Shown here in pieces: positions 39,593 to 50,260 of a stretch of DNA of 64,000 bases. Positions within the stretch are counted from its first letter, which is position 1. Each line of letters starts with the position of its first letter. The stretch covers positions 8,331-72,330 of IMG/VR virus record IMGVR_UViG_3300025010_000048, one strand, 5' to 3'. Source of the DNA: a virus. Both the position numbers and the translations under genes were made by a program. The notes beneath the pieces were generated by a model. The model made no database searches. It was not told the origin of the DNA and saw nothing but the letters and a program-made list of their open reading frames with translations.

Positions 39593-40288
39593 ATGTGCGA
39601 AATTTGCGGAGATAGGGGCATAGTCCAGATAGAAGGTACTACCTTCAAAGTTTGCGACTGCATGATAAAGCGAAAAATAATCAACAAATTCAAAGACAGC
39701 AAACTAAGCAAGCAAATGTTGTCAAGTAGATTCGATAACTTTAATTATGACTACTACAAAGATAACCTTGCCGAAATTAAGAAAGCAGTAAAATTAGCAC
39801 AAGACTTCTCCGATGCGGTTGTAAATGGACAGGCAGCAGATGGATTAATACTGACCGGCAGGGCAGGACACGGCAAAACATACTTAGCCTGCTGTATAGC
39901 AAACGTACTTATTCGCAAGAACATAGCAACACTATTTACCGTAGTACCGGACCTGTTAGACCAAATTAAGAGTACATACAACAAAGGCGAGGGCCAGGAC
40001 TACAGCGAGAAAGACTTATTAGATACTGCCAGAGAAGTACAAGTATTAATTCTTGATGACTTGGGGGCGCATCAGTATACCGAGTGGGCCCAAGGAAAGT
40101 TATTCACTATCTTAAATCACAGAATAAACTTTAACCTGCCGACGGTCATAACAACTAACCTTAGTTTAGAGGAAATGGACAAGTTTATCGGGGAACGCGC
40201 TGCAAGTAGAATTATTCAACTCTGTCAACCGATTAAGGTTGAAGCTGATATGGATATTAGGATGCAGAAAAGATTATCTAAGGCATAA
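39593..40288 (+). CDS. DnaC/IstB-like helicase loader
   Basis: GRAGHGKT, LILDDLG, ITTNL. Confidence 0.9.
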   Translation: MCEICGDRGIVQIEGTTFKVCDCMIKRKIINKFKDSKLSKQMLSSRFDNFNYDYYKDNLAEIKKAVKLAQDFSDAVVNGQAADGLILTGRAGHGKTYLACCIANVLIRKNIATLFTVVPDLLDQIKSTYNKGEGQDYSEKDLLDTAREVQVLILDDLGAHQYTEWAQGKLFTILNHRINFNLPTVITTNLSLEEMDKFIGERAASRIIQLCQPIKVEADMDIRMQKRLSKA

Positions 40289-40836
40289 CCACGTCCCGGC
40301 CAACCGAAAACAGTAGAAATATTCTGAATATAGGAGGATTGTTATGTTGGAAATAGGTCCGAATTTGTTGGATTTAATTAAGTCTATAGCTGAATTTGCT
40401 GCACTTGTAGTGATTTGCTGGATTATTTTTAAGTAGGAGGATACAAATGGAACCAGTAGTTAAATACCATTGTCCGGTATGTGATAAGGAATACGACACA
40501 CCGGAAGAAGCGGAAAAGTGTTTTGTGCCTTTATATGAGAAGTTTAAGAACGGCGATATAATCAGCGGCGGTTACAATAGTGTTTATGTCGTTAAAGATG
40601 CCGAGGAAAGAAATGCCGCTGCCGCAACAGTCAGAGAGGTATTTGAATACTGTATAGCAACTGATTCGCTCAGGAGGAAAAGAGAAAGGTGTGTCTTGGT
40701 CGGCGGTTTTTGGTGTGGTGCCAAGAGATACCCTCTTGAAGAAGCTAAAAAGTTAGTCAGTGACTTACGCCGCCGGTTGAAAAATGCGGAGAAGTTTTTG
40801 GAAATGGTGAAGGAAATGTATGAGGAGGATAAAGTA

Positions 40837-41243
40837 TGAGCGAATTTATCTGCATGAACTGCGGAAAATGTTGTGGTCCTGTGCCTGTCTCAAATACGGA
40901 CTGGGACAAGATAGTAACAGCAGTAGGAAATATGAACTTTGCCAACATTGAACATCTTGTTAAGCAGAAAAGGGAAAGCATGACCTGTATTTTACGCGAC
41001 ACTTTTTATAATAAATGTGCAATACATGAGCATAGACCGCTAATTTGTCGCTTACAGGGAACTCAGGAAGGATTGCCTTGCCCGAATATGCCGAGATACG
41101 CCAAGGGTGATAATGGCAGGGTTGCCGTGAATCGTGACTTTGGCGAGAATGGCGAGTATTTCAAGGGAATTTTGAGTGACAGTATTGGTTGGAAAGAAAT
41201 TCTGGAAGTTGTTAGGGAGAGGAAGGAGGTAAACAATGCGTAG
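40837..41243 (+). CDS. YkgJ/FliB-like Cys-cluster protein
   Basis: CMNCGKCC...CAIHEHRPLICR. Confidence 0.7.
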
Positions 41244-41643
41244 ACCAACAGTATACCTTTCCGGTAAAATGGCCGGTTTGAGTAAAGAAGAAATGAACGA
41301 CTGGAGAGAGAAAGCGGCGGGAGACTTAGTTGAGGCAGGTTTTTGTATACTTAATCCGGTAAATACCGACTTCGGAAGCAATGTAACCGATAGGGAAATC
41401 ATTGACAGTAACGACTATCAGATTGGACACAGTGACATTATCCTTGCTGAGTTAGACTATGAGCAAATTTCCATCGGTACAATTTGCGAGATTGTGGAGG
41501 CGAGAAGGCAAGGTAAACCCGTAATAACATGGGGTACTGCCTATAACATCATCAATCATCCGCATATTCGGGGCAGGATTACTAGACACTTTGAGTTTTT
41601 GGTCAATGCCGTTCAGTACATTATCGAAAACTATTACTTGTAG
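41236..41643 (+). CDS. Nucleoside 2-deoxyribosyltransferase family protein
   Basis: VYLSG.M...D...SD...SIGT..E...A...GKPV. Confidence 0.8.
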   Translation: MRRPTVYLSGKMAGLSKEEMNDWREKAAGDLVEAGFCILNPVNTDFGSNVTDREIIDSNDYQIGHSDIILAELDYEQISIGTICEIVEARRQGKPVITWGTAYNIINHPHIRGRITRHFEFLVNAVQYIIENYYL

Positions 41644-41984
41644 GAGGTTATGTATTGCTAGAATTATTTGACAAAGCACTACTTTATACAACTGTATGTT
41701 TAACCTGCTTGCCGTGGATTGTCGTTATTATAATAGGCATTAGGGGCGGTAAAGTAACTGTTGAGTTTGGGAGAAATAATAAGGAGGCAACCACAAATGC
41801 CAAAACAGAAACGCCACAAACAACCTAAGCTGAAAATCATAGTTGACCTGCCCAATGACGGCAACCGGAAATGGTACGACGAGAAGTATCGGAATATGTT
41901 CCGGGATCGCAGGGGAGTTTTGCTGCACGACTATAGGGACGGAATGTCGCCGGGGTATTGCGTGGCAGCGGTGGAGGTATTTAA

Positions 41985-43895
41985 TTGATTAACGAATTAA
42001 TAATGGGATCGCTATTTGACGGAGTTGCAATGCTCCCTTTTGCAGCAGAACTTAACGGAATTAGAGCAGTGTGGGCCAGTGAGATAGAAAAGTTCCCGAT
42101 AGCGGTAAGTAAACACCATTTCCCTGACATGAAGCACTTGGGAGATATTTGTGGCATAGGATTATGTACTTACATTACACATTTTAGCGGAACTAAGTGT
42201 AATTTTTATATAAACACAGCTAAAGACATTCTGGTTAAACCAGTAGATATAATCACATTTTCAAGCCCTTGTCAAGATTTGTCAGTCGCCGGTAAAAGGG
42301 CAGGTTTGGCGGGAGAGCGTTCTGGTTTGTTTTCTGAGGCGGTAAGAATCATAAAAGAAATGAGGTTTGTCACAGATGAAATGTACCCAAAATACGCAAT
42401 CTGGGAGAACGTACCAGGAGCATTTAGCTCAAACAAAGGACAAGATTTTAGAACCGTGCTTGAAGAAATCACAGCGTCCGAAATTCCAATGCCTAAGTCT
42501 GGAAAATGGGCAAACGCCGGAATGGTCAGAGGGGATGGGTATAGTGTTGCTTGGCGAGTCTGTGATGCGCAATACTGGGGAGTCGCCCAGCGTCGTAAGA
42601 GAATCTTCCTTGTCTGCGATTTTAGAGGACAACGTGCCGGAGAAATACTTTTTGAGTGCGAAAGCGTGTCAGGGGATTTTGCGGAGAGCGGAGAAGCGAG
42701 GCAAGAAGTTGCCGGGAGTGCTGGAAATGGCATTGAGACAACAATCAGGATATTTGACATTGGAGATAGACGCAGAGTCGCAGACGAGTCAGTAGGCGTA
42801 ACACCTACACTGACAATGAAAATGGGTACGGGTGGAAATAATGTCCCCGTAATTTTAAAGCGAGATACAATAGCCTTTAACGGCAGACAAGACCCTGTTT
42901 ATGGACAAGTTACCGGGGCGCTTGATACCGATCGAGCGACACAGTGCATTGCATACCCTGAACCTGCAAACGCTCTTCTCGCAAAAGGTAATCTGTCATA
43001 TCGTGCTGATGTAGATAATTTAGTTTGTGCTGTAGATATCCGCAACCTTTACGAAACTGAGGAATTAAGTGAAACGCTGCAATCCAAGCAAACAGGTGGT
43101 TACTCACTTAACTATCAAAATCCTGTCAGGGTTCCGATTGGAGGAATTAATTATGGCAATGCCGACAAAACCAACGCCAGAGAAATATTGTTCGCACTGT
43201 GGCGAGAAATTGGAACGGAAGCGTTTTGCAAATGGGCGGTTAGAGTCGTTGAATACTTTCAACAAAAGGGAATACTGCAACCAGAAATGTATGGCGAAGG
43301 GGTTCGAGAGCAAACCGAAACCGAGATCGGAAAACTGGGAAACGAATCATTCCAGATCGAGAAAAATTGTTCCACCGGGTCCTTGCGAAATATGCGGAAA
43401 ACCGAATGCTTTAGATGTACACCACAAAGACGAGGATTGGACAAACAACGAACCAGAGAATCTTCAAAGGATTTGTCGGAGTTGTCACAACTTAAAGCAC
43501 AGGCAGAGAAAGCGTTGCGCCATTTGTGGGGAAGTAGCAAAGGGTTATGGATTATGTACAAAGCACTTACAGAGATACAAGAAGCACGGAGATCCGATGA
43601 TAGAAAGGATAAATCCGAGGAAGAAATGCAAAGTATGCGGAGAACCTGCTCACTCGAAAGAGCTTTGTGGGATGCACTATATGAGAGCGAAAAGAGCAGG
43701 GAGCCTGTAAGATATGCGGTGAGACGACTCCTACCCCTGGAATGCGAGCGACTGCAATCGATGCCGGACGGTTGGACAGATATCCCCGATGCATCCGATA
43801 CAGCACGATACAAAGCAATCGGAAATTCGCTTGTGATGAATATAGCTGATTGGATATTTAGTCAGATAGTAAAGGCAGAGAAAGGAGAACTCTAA
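41985..43895 (+). CDS. DNA (cytosine-5) methyltransferase with in-frame insertion
   Basis: SLFDG, SPCQD, ENVPG, QRRKR, ECERLQ, YKAIGNS motifs. Confidence 0.9.
   Translation: MINELIMGSLFDGVAMLPFAAELNGIRAVWASEIEKFPIAVSKHHFPDMKHLGDICGIGLCTYITHFSGTKCNFYINTAKDILVKPVDIITFSSPCQDLSVAGKRAGLAGERSGLFSEAVRIIKEMRFVTDEMYPKYAIWENVPGAFSSNKGQDFRTVLEEITASEIPMPKSGKWANAGMVRGDGYSVAWRVCDAQYWGVAQRRKRIFLVCDFRGQRAGEILFECESVSGDFAESGEARQEVAGSAGNGIETTIRIFDIGDRRRVADESVGVTPTLTMKMGTGGNNVPVILKRDTIAFNGRQDPVYGQVTGALDTDRATQCIAYPEPANALLAKGNLSYRADVDNLVCAVDIRNLYETEELSETLQSKQTGGYSLNYQNPVRVPIGGINYGNADKTNAREILFALWREIGTEAFCKWAVRVVEYFQQKGILQPEMYGEGVREQTETEIGKLGNESFQIEKNCSTGSLRNMRKTECFRCTPQRRGLDKQRTRESSKDLSELSQLKAQAEKALRHLWGSSKGLWIMYKALTEIQEARRSDDRKDKSEEEMQSMRRTCSLERALWDALYESEKSREPVRYAVRRLLPLECERLQSMPDGWTDIPDASDTARYKAIGNSLVMNIADWIFSQIVKAEKGEL
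42367..42795 (+). CDS. Alternative-frame ORF inside methyltransferase (possible beta subunit)
   Basis: LSAILEDNVPEKYFLS resembles the post-motif-VIII segment of C5 MTases. Confidence 0.55.
   Translation: MSQMKCTQNTQSGRTYQEHLAQTKDKILEPCLKKSQRPKFQCLSLENGQTPEWSEGMGIVLLGESVMRNTGESPSVVRESSLSAILEDNVPEKYFLSAKACQGILRRAEKRGKKLPGVLEMALRQQSGYLTLEIDAESQTSQ
43153..43710 (+). CDS. HNH endonuclease overprinted within methyltransferase gene
   Basis: Own GGAGG RBS; CEICG...VHHKDED..NN..ENL...C..CH plus zinc fingers. Confidence 0.85.
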   Translation: MAMPTKPTPEKYCSHCGEKLERKRFANGRLESLNTFNKREYCNQKCMAKGFESKPKPRSENWETNHSRSRKIVPPGPCEICGKPNALDVHHKDEDWTNNEPENLQRICRSCHNLKHRQRKRCAICGEVAKGYGLCTKHLQRYKKHGDPMIERINPRKKCKVCGEPAHSKELCGMHYMRAKRAGSL

Positions 43896-44221
43896 TGAAA
43901 AACAAAACCACAAAACTACTCCTAACTTTAGGGGTACCGCCGGAAACATCCGGTTATTTATACGCAAGAGAAGCAATCTTACTAACCCTAAATACCCCGA
44001 ACTCCTCATACCGTTGGTGCGAAACCTACGACAAGGTAGCGGAAAAATTCAGCACCACCGGCAAGAGAGTTGAAAGATGTATCCGTCATACACTCAAGAA
44101 AACGCAGGAAAGCGGAACTGTAGAATATGTTGAAATGTTTTATAAGAACACAACTAAACCACCTATTGTAAGTCGCTTTTTAGCTACAGTTGCCGAGTAT
44201 CTAAAAATGCAGGATAGTTAG
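43895..44221 (+). CDS. Spo0A C-terminal DNA-binding domain protein (no receiver domain)
   Basis: LGVP....GY.Y.REAI...VAEKF.TT..RVERCIRH. Confidence 0.85.
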   Translation: MKNKTTKLLLTLGVPPETSGYLYAREAILLTLNTPNSSYRWCETYDKVAEKFSTTGKRVERCIRHTLKKTQESGTVEYVEMFYKNTTKPPIVSRFLATVAEYLKMQDS

Positions 44222-45225
44222 TCAGTTAGAATCGGAAATAACAGCAAAATTAGCCTTGTACAGGCGACTAAATATTGCAGGAATAGTTTCGTACCTGCTG
44301 TCGTGAATGGGGCGTAGAAGGGGGTTTAAAATGCCACCATTGAAAAGGGTTTTATTGAAAGAAGAACTGGAATACATGAAGCAATGGGGAGGTAAAGCAT
44401 CACTCTCCAATATTGGAGTAAATTTACTAATGTCCGAGCAACAACTAGGCGCATATATGAAAAAACACGGCATACCGAGGGCTAATAAGGGTGCTAGACA
44501 CCTTGCCGCGCCTGATAAATACGAAGGACCAACATCTTATGTGCAGAGAGGAAAGGACAATAGATTCGTGAATCTTTTTTCTAGGCAGAGAATCGAAGGA
44601 AATATTAGACCGCCAGATAAACCCTGGAGCATGGAAGAAAGTTTCGCTAATCCGATAGTATGTGTGAGCGCAACCGCAGGCGTTATGATTTGGCGAAATA
44701 GTGGCAAGGGTGAGTGTCTATGATTAGGGTTAACGACACAGTAAAACCTCTCCGTGGTCGCAATAAGGACAAGGAGGGCGAGGTAAGGTCGGTATATAAA
44801 AGCGGAAAATGTTATATTTACTTCGGTAAAAGTAACTATAATTCTTATTTTCCGAGAAATTTGGAGGTGGTAACAGGTGGGGAGAGGCGGGGCGAGGATT
44901 AAGAAGTTAGAGCGCGATAACAAAATATTACTTAAGATAGTTTCTGAACATGCTGTTTCCATTTCTGATATTTCTCGCAGATTAGATGGTTATGCTGTGC
45001 TGTTTAAAACACTAATAAACGATATGACAACAGCAGGAAATAACGGGAAAACACTTCAATCAGACATTGCATTTCTGAATAAGAAGTTGGACGAAATTGA
45101 ATGTTCCGTTGCCGCATTGAGAGCAGAGCAGGATCATGCGAGGCGTGGATTGTGGAGAAGGTTTTGCGCTAGGGTTAGGTTGTTTTTCGTGTGATGGATT
45201 ACCTTTTTAGGTATAATATGTATAG

Positions 45226-45912
45226 TTGGAGGTAAAATTGAGATACATTGTTAGTGTATCAACAGGCAAAGATTCTACTTGTTTAGCACTATACGCCATA
45301 GCAAAATATGGGCGCAAAGATTTAGTTTTTGTAAGTGCTGATACTGGTTGCGAATTTCCGGAAACATACGAATACCTATATTATCTCGAAAGAAGATTAA
45401 ATATAAAAATAAACCGCGTCAAAAGCGATAAGTGGGATTATTTTTCCTATTGCCGCCACAGAAGCAAGTTTCCCGACATAAGAAATAGGTTTTGCACTTC
45501 CGACCTAAAGCAAGCACCATTAGCAAAATGGATAACTCATGCAGGTATTGACCGCTATAACGACATTATGTTAACAGGTGAGCGCAGGGAAGAAAGCGCA
45601 AAAAGATCGCAATATAAAGAGATTTACTATAACCCTAAACTCAGGATTGCCGGTTGTCGCCCATTGCTAAAACTAACTACCAAAGACGTATTTACGGCAA
45701 TTAGACAGGGTGGACTTGTACCGAATCCAATATATAAACACTTTACCCGCCTCGGTTGTTATGGATGCGTATTCAATACCGTTGACGAGTGGGTGCAGTT
45801 AAGCAAGTATTACCCTGATTTGTTTAATAAGATTGCAGATTTGGAAAATGAGATTAATTATACTGTCCGGCAAGGAGAAACATTGAGACAGTTAGTTAAT
45901 CGGAAAATTTAA
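45226..45912 (+). CDS. PAPS reductase family protein
   Basis: STGKDS, DTGCEFPET, RFCT..LK, GERREES..R, RLGCYGC. Confidence 0.85.
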   Translation: MEVKLRYIVSVSTGKDSTCLALYAIAKYGRKDLVFVSADTGCEFPETYEYLYYLERRLNIKINRVKSDKWDYFSYCRHRSKFPDIRNRFCTSDLKQAPLAKWITHAGIDRYNDIMLTGERREESAKRSQYKEIYYNPKLRIAGCRPLLKLTTKDVFTAIRQGGLVPNPIYKHFTRLGCYGCVFNTVDEWVQLSKYYPDLFNKIADLENEINYTVRQGETLRQLVNRKI

Positions 45913-45927
45913 TGGGAGGAAAATAAT

Positions 45928-46638
45928 TTGCTAAAACCTACAATTATAAATTGTTTCGACATACCGGAAGTTTGGTATAGGTCGCTATCTGAGTTATATC
46001 ATACTCATAGCGGCGGCGATAACCGGGAATACCTTGTGCAGCATGGTAGTTTTGAAAATCAGCATAAACGAAGGGAATTGGATTATTTTATGGCGGTTAT
46101 CACTAACCCAGGCAATAGACCGTTAACTCCGATTATACCGGAAGGTTTGAGCGTAGCACCTCCGACAGATATGGAGAAAATTGAGAAGTATTTCGCCGAA
46201 TACATCTATGGTTCAGAGGTTGCTGAGAATGAGGATTACACTTATGGAGAGCGCATACGAATTAGCTTACAGAATGTCATAGAGATTCTAAAAAGAACTC
46301 CTGACACCAATCAGGCCATAATTGAAATAGGTCAACCTTTAGATATTTACCTGACAGATCCACCTTGCTTAAGGATGATTGATTGCCGCATCAAAGACGG
46401 TATGTTGCACTTCATAATCTACTTTAGGTCATGGGACATATTTGCCGCACTTCCTGAGAATTTAGGTGGGTTGCAGTTACTTAAAGAGTATATGGCGACA
46501 GAGATTGGTTATGAGGATGGAGGCATGATAATTTCCTCTAAGGGAGCACACGTTTACGATTATGTATGGGAGCAGGTTAAGCAGTTAGTTAGATATAAGG
46601 ATACCGAAGTAATACAGGAGGTAGATTTAATTGAATAG
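45928..46638 (+). CDS. Thymidylate synthase (ThyA fold)
   Basis: YTYGER, PPCL, FRSWD......N, AHVY. Confidence 0.85.
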   Translation: MLKPTIINCFDIPEVWYRSLSELYHTHSGGDNREYLVQHGSFENQHKRRELDYFMAVITNPGNRPLTPIIPEGLSVAPPTDMEKIEKYFAEYIYGSEVAENEDYTYGERIRISLQNVIEILKRTPDTNQAIIEIGQPLDIYLTDPPCLRMIDCRIKDGMLHFIIYFRSWDIFAALPENLGGLQLLKEYMATEIGYEDGGMIISSKGAHVYDYVWEQVKQLVRYKDTEVIQEVDLIE

Positions 46639-47101
46639 TTTGCAAAGATATATAAAAATACTAAAATTTACCGCTAGTCAGTCGAAATGCAAACGCCGCA
46701 AGATCGGTGCTCTTGCAATACTAAATAAAGGATATATCTACAAATATAATAGTATTCAAAAGGGCGATTATGGTATCTGTGATGAATGTCCAAGGATAGG
46801 ACAGGAACACGGAAACTGGTCAGGTAACCAAGAATGCCCGGCGATACACGCAGAAGAAGCGGTTATCTTGAACGCGGCGCGTGGAGGCTATTCTCTGGAG
46901 GGTGAGACGTTACTCGTTACTGATAAGCCCTGCAACCGATGTTCTAGGTTAATAGTCGGAGCAGGATTTAAAAAGGTTATTTATTTAAGCGATATCGGAA
47001 GTAATAATGGCATAGACTACCTCCGCAAATGTGGCGTTGAAGTTGAGCAGTACCAAGATGCCGTTATTATAGAAAATCCAGATGAAGGGGTGCTGGAATA
47101 A
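46631..47101 (+). CDS. dCMP deaminase
   Basis: HAE...PCNRC. Confidence 0.85.
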   Translation: MNSLQRYIKILKFTASQSKCKRRKIGALAILNKGYIYKYNSIQKGDYGICDECPRIGQEHGNWSGNQECPAIHAEEAVILNAARGGYSLEGETLLVTDKPCNRCSRLIVGAGFKKVIYLSDIGSNNGIDYLRKCGVEVEQYQDAVIIENPDEGVLE

Positions 47102-47499
47102 TGAATATCCATGAAATCAGAGAGTTAGGCAAAAATTTCTGCCAAACAGTTGGTTCAGCACACTACAGGGAGAACAGTATTGACCCTATAGAGTACGCCA
47201 TAGCTAACAATATGATTGAGGATTTTTGCCTGATAAACATTATTAAGTATGCCAGCAGGTTTAAGCATATCCGTAACCTTGACGATTTGAAGAAAGTTTC
47301 CGATTACTCACATATCCTGTGTGGGGTGGAGTTAGAGAAAAAGAATAAAGTTTATCCCGTACTTATACAGCAGAAACAAAGCAATCACCTGAAAAATTCT
47401 GATATTTGCGGTGATTGTAAAAAGGAAGGTAATTGCGACGAACCATGCGAGAAGTTGTATAAGTCTAATATTCCAAATAGACCGGAGGTAACTGACTGA
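47101..47499 (+). CDS. DUF3310-like protein
   Basis: HY...IDPIEY...NIIKY..R...DDLKK. Confidence 0.6.
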   Translation: MNIHEIRELGKNFCQTVGSAHYRENSIDPIEYAIANNMIEDFCLINIIKYASRFKHIRNLDDLKKVSDYSHILCGVELEKKNKVYPVLIQQKQSNHLKNSDICGDCKKEGNCDEPCEKLYKSNIPNRPEVTD

Positions 47500-47932
47500 T
47501 GAAAAAATCCTGCTTAACCTGCAAGCACGGTAAATTTAAGCAGGTTAATGTGTTAGACTATTGGGAGTGTTCCGAGTATTCTATTTTTTATGCCGGGCAG
47601 TGCCGGGCGGGAAACTTTGGATTGTGGGAGGCAAAAGAAGATGCCGATATATAACGATGGCGACACCAAGGTTTGTATTTTTGGCAAGGGTGATATTTCA
47701 GTATGTACCCTTAAATACAATGGAGGTTATTTTAATACGGTGCTTGGTTTAGTGCAGGACACGCAAAGCAACCCTATCGGAACCGAAAACAAGCATCATA
47801 TTGGACTGAGTGCAGACGAAATGGAAACACATGTAATGATGTATTTCGATAATGTGGCATCGGTAGACTTTGTTATCAGTAGACTTCAGGTTATTCGTGC
47901 AGATTTGGTTAGGATGCAGGAGGGTAAAGATA

Positions 47933-48286
47933 ATGGAAATGAATAAGTATCAAGAGTTAGCGGCAAGGACTGATACCGTAATAAATACTGATAGATTAAT
48001 CAAATATGGCCAATTGCTTAATGCCGCCATAGGTATGGTTGGTGAAGCGTGTGAGTTCTTAGAGGTTGTTAAGAAAATAGTTTATCATGGCCATAACTTG
48101 GATAATGTGACAAAAGATAAACTTGTCAAGGAGATTGGCGACACAAAATGGTATTGTGCCAAAGCAGCTAGACTGTTGGGCGTTCCGTTAAGTTATGTTG
48201 CCGCTATTAATATCGAAAAACTTAAAAATCGTTACCCAGATGGATTTAGTGAGGACAAAAGCATTAACCGAGATATGGACAAATGA
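47933..48286 (+). CDS. MazG-like NTP pyrophosphohydrolase
   Basis: GEACE...KK...KEIGD..WY...N..KL..RYPDGF. Confidence 0.85.
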   Translation: MEMNKYQELAARTDTVINTDRLIKYGQLLNAAIGMVGEACEFLEVVKKIVYHGHNLDNVTKDKLVKEIGDTKWYCAKAARLLGVPLSYVAAINIEKLKNRYPDGFSEDKSINRDMDK

Positions 48287-48409
48287 TCCAAGTTTGGACA
48301 TGCAAATGCGGTCAGAAAAATCAAGCCAACGTATTCTCACCGGGAGCAACGACAATAAAATGCTCCCGGTGCTACACCGATTATATTTTAACGGTAAAGA
48401 CTACCATTA

Positions 48410-48919
48410 TTGAAGTGTTTGGAGGTAGGGATTTTGAAAATAAACACGATAGTACCTAGTAGCACAGTGGACGGTCCAAATTTTAGACTCGTAATTTTCG
48501 TTCAAGGATGCGCTCACGGTTGCGAAGGTTGCCATAATCCGCAAACTCACGATAGAAACGCCGGGTACTGCATTAGTCCGAAAGCGTTGGCAGGCATCAT
48601 ATTAGGGCATTTACAGGACGATCCTTTACTCACAGGTATTACATGGTCTGGCGGCGAACCATTCGACCAAATCGAAGAGTTGAACGCAGTTAACGAGTTA
48701 ATTATCCGGGAGCGTCCCGATGTGAGCATTATGCTGTATACGGGATACGTTATGACACCTGAGAAGTTGCGGAAACTTAGGCATATTGAGTATGTGGTGG
48801 ATGGACCGTTTATTTTGGCGCAGCGGGACATTGGGTTGAAATTTCGGGGCAGCGCAAATCAGCAGGTTTGGCAGAAGGTTAACGGGGAGTACGAAAATAT
48901 TACGGAGTTGTGGAGGTAG
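48410..48919 (+). CDS. nrdG: Anaerobic ribonucleotide reductase activase-like radical SAM protein
   Basis: VDGP..R...QGCAHGCEGCHNP, SGGEP, FRGSANQ. Confidence 0.8.
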   Translation: MKCLEVGILKINTIVPSSTVDGPNFRLVIFVQGCAHGCEGCHNPQTHDRNAGYCISPKALAGIILGHLQDDPLLTGITWSGGEPFDQIEELNAVNELIIRERPDVSIMLYTGYVMTPEKLRKLRHIEYVVDGPFILAQRDIGLKFRGSANQQVWQKVNGEYENITELWR

Positions 48920-50260
48920 AGAAAATGAGCGTTGATGTAAATACAGTAACGGGAATTTTGGATGAAGTTAGTAAGAGGTTGAGCGAACCTGCCAAACATA
49001 CCTACAGCGTTTTGGTTAAGCAGGCGGTTGCTGATGGGGCAGGAGATTTAGTATTATGCTCTCTGTGTGTTGCCGGAATAGGTTTTGCACTTTATTTTAT
49101 TCCAAAATTAATGAAAGTTTGCGCTGACAATGATAGTAAAGGCAATGAAGGTATAGCTGCATCTAGCGCGTTCGTAATACTTATGCTTGGTATTTGGGCT
49201 GTTTATTCTGTTTTATTCTTACCCTTTGACCTTATTGATGGAATAAAACACATCATCAACCCAGAATATTATGCAATAATGGATATTATGTCAAAGATTA
49301 AGTAGGTTTGGAGTTGATTTTATGGCAAATATAGGCGGCGGCAAATCATACAAGAAAGTCCTCAATGCCGAGCAACAGGTCAAAGCGGAACACTTTATGC
49401 GTTGCCTGCTCACCAATGACCGCAAGGCAAAACAGGCAGGTTTAACCGTCAACATAAACGAATTCCTAAACAACTATGCCTGCGAATACGGCAATAGTGG
49501 CAGTTTATCCGAGCATTTTAAATTATCAGACTACCGTAAACGGATGATTCTTACCTTATGCAATAGCGGAAAGTCACCTCGCTCAATAGCTGATGACTTT
49601 GGTATGAATGTCGATAGAATTTATAAGTATCTCAAAAAATGCGGTGCTTGTCGGTGAGCAAGAGAAAGAAAAGAAAAACTCCCCATGTCGGGTGGTGCTT
49701 ATCTGAGTACCATCCCGGCAAGTTGGGGTAAGGTAAAAGAAAAGAATTGCCTGAGCAAGAACGGTAAATTTAAACCTTGCCGCCATTTTGAAGTGAATAT
49801 GGATCATCCGAAGTGGGCGAGGTGTGGGTTTGTGGATATTGGTGGGTGCTAGGGGGTTGGTTGTGAAATGAGAAAACATGAACCCAAGAAATGCGTAAAA
49901 TGCGGAGAAGCATATATTCCTACGAGTGGTCCGCAAAAATTTTGTACCAAATGTTTACCTCCTGCCTGCGAGGGATGTAAAAGAATTAAATTAGCGGTAC
50001 AGGAAGAAAGAAATAGGATAATCGAAATACTTCTCGCAAATAAGGTTTGTATGCACGATTTAGAATATGGTAATTGTCCTAAAGTTTCCTGTGAAGGTTG
50101 TTGGCAGGAGTACCTTGATGAGTAGTCAAGAAAACGGACAGGTGCCGGTTAAGCTAACCGCTTCTGATATTATTGATTATGTCGAAAGGAACTGCTTTTT
50201 ATATAAAGGTCAGTGGTGGTTAGATAGAAAAACCTATGGTCATTTGGAGGAATGTGAAAA

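Noticed and set aside
43122-43711. Intein in the methyltransferase
   Set aside because: No C/S start or HN-C/S/T end; the nuclease is in a different frame
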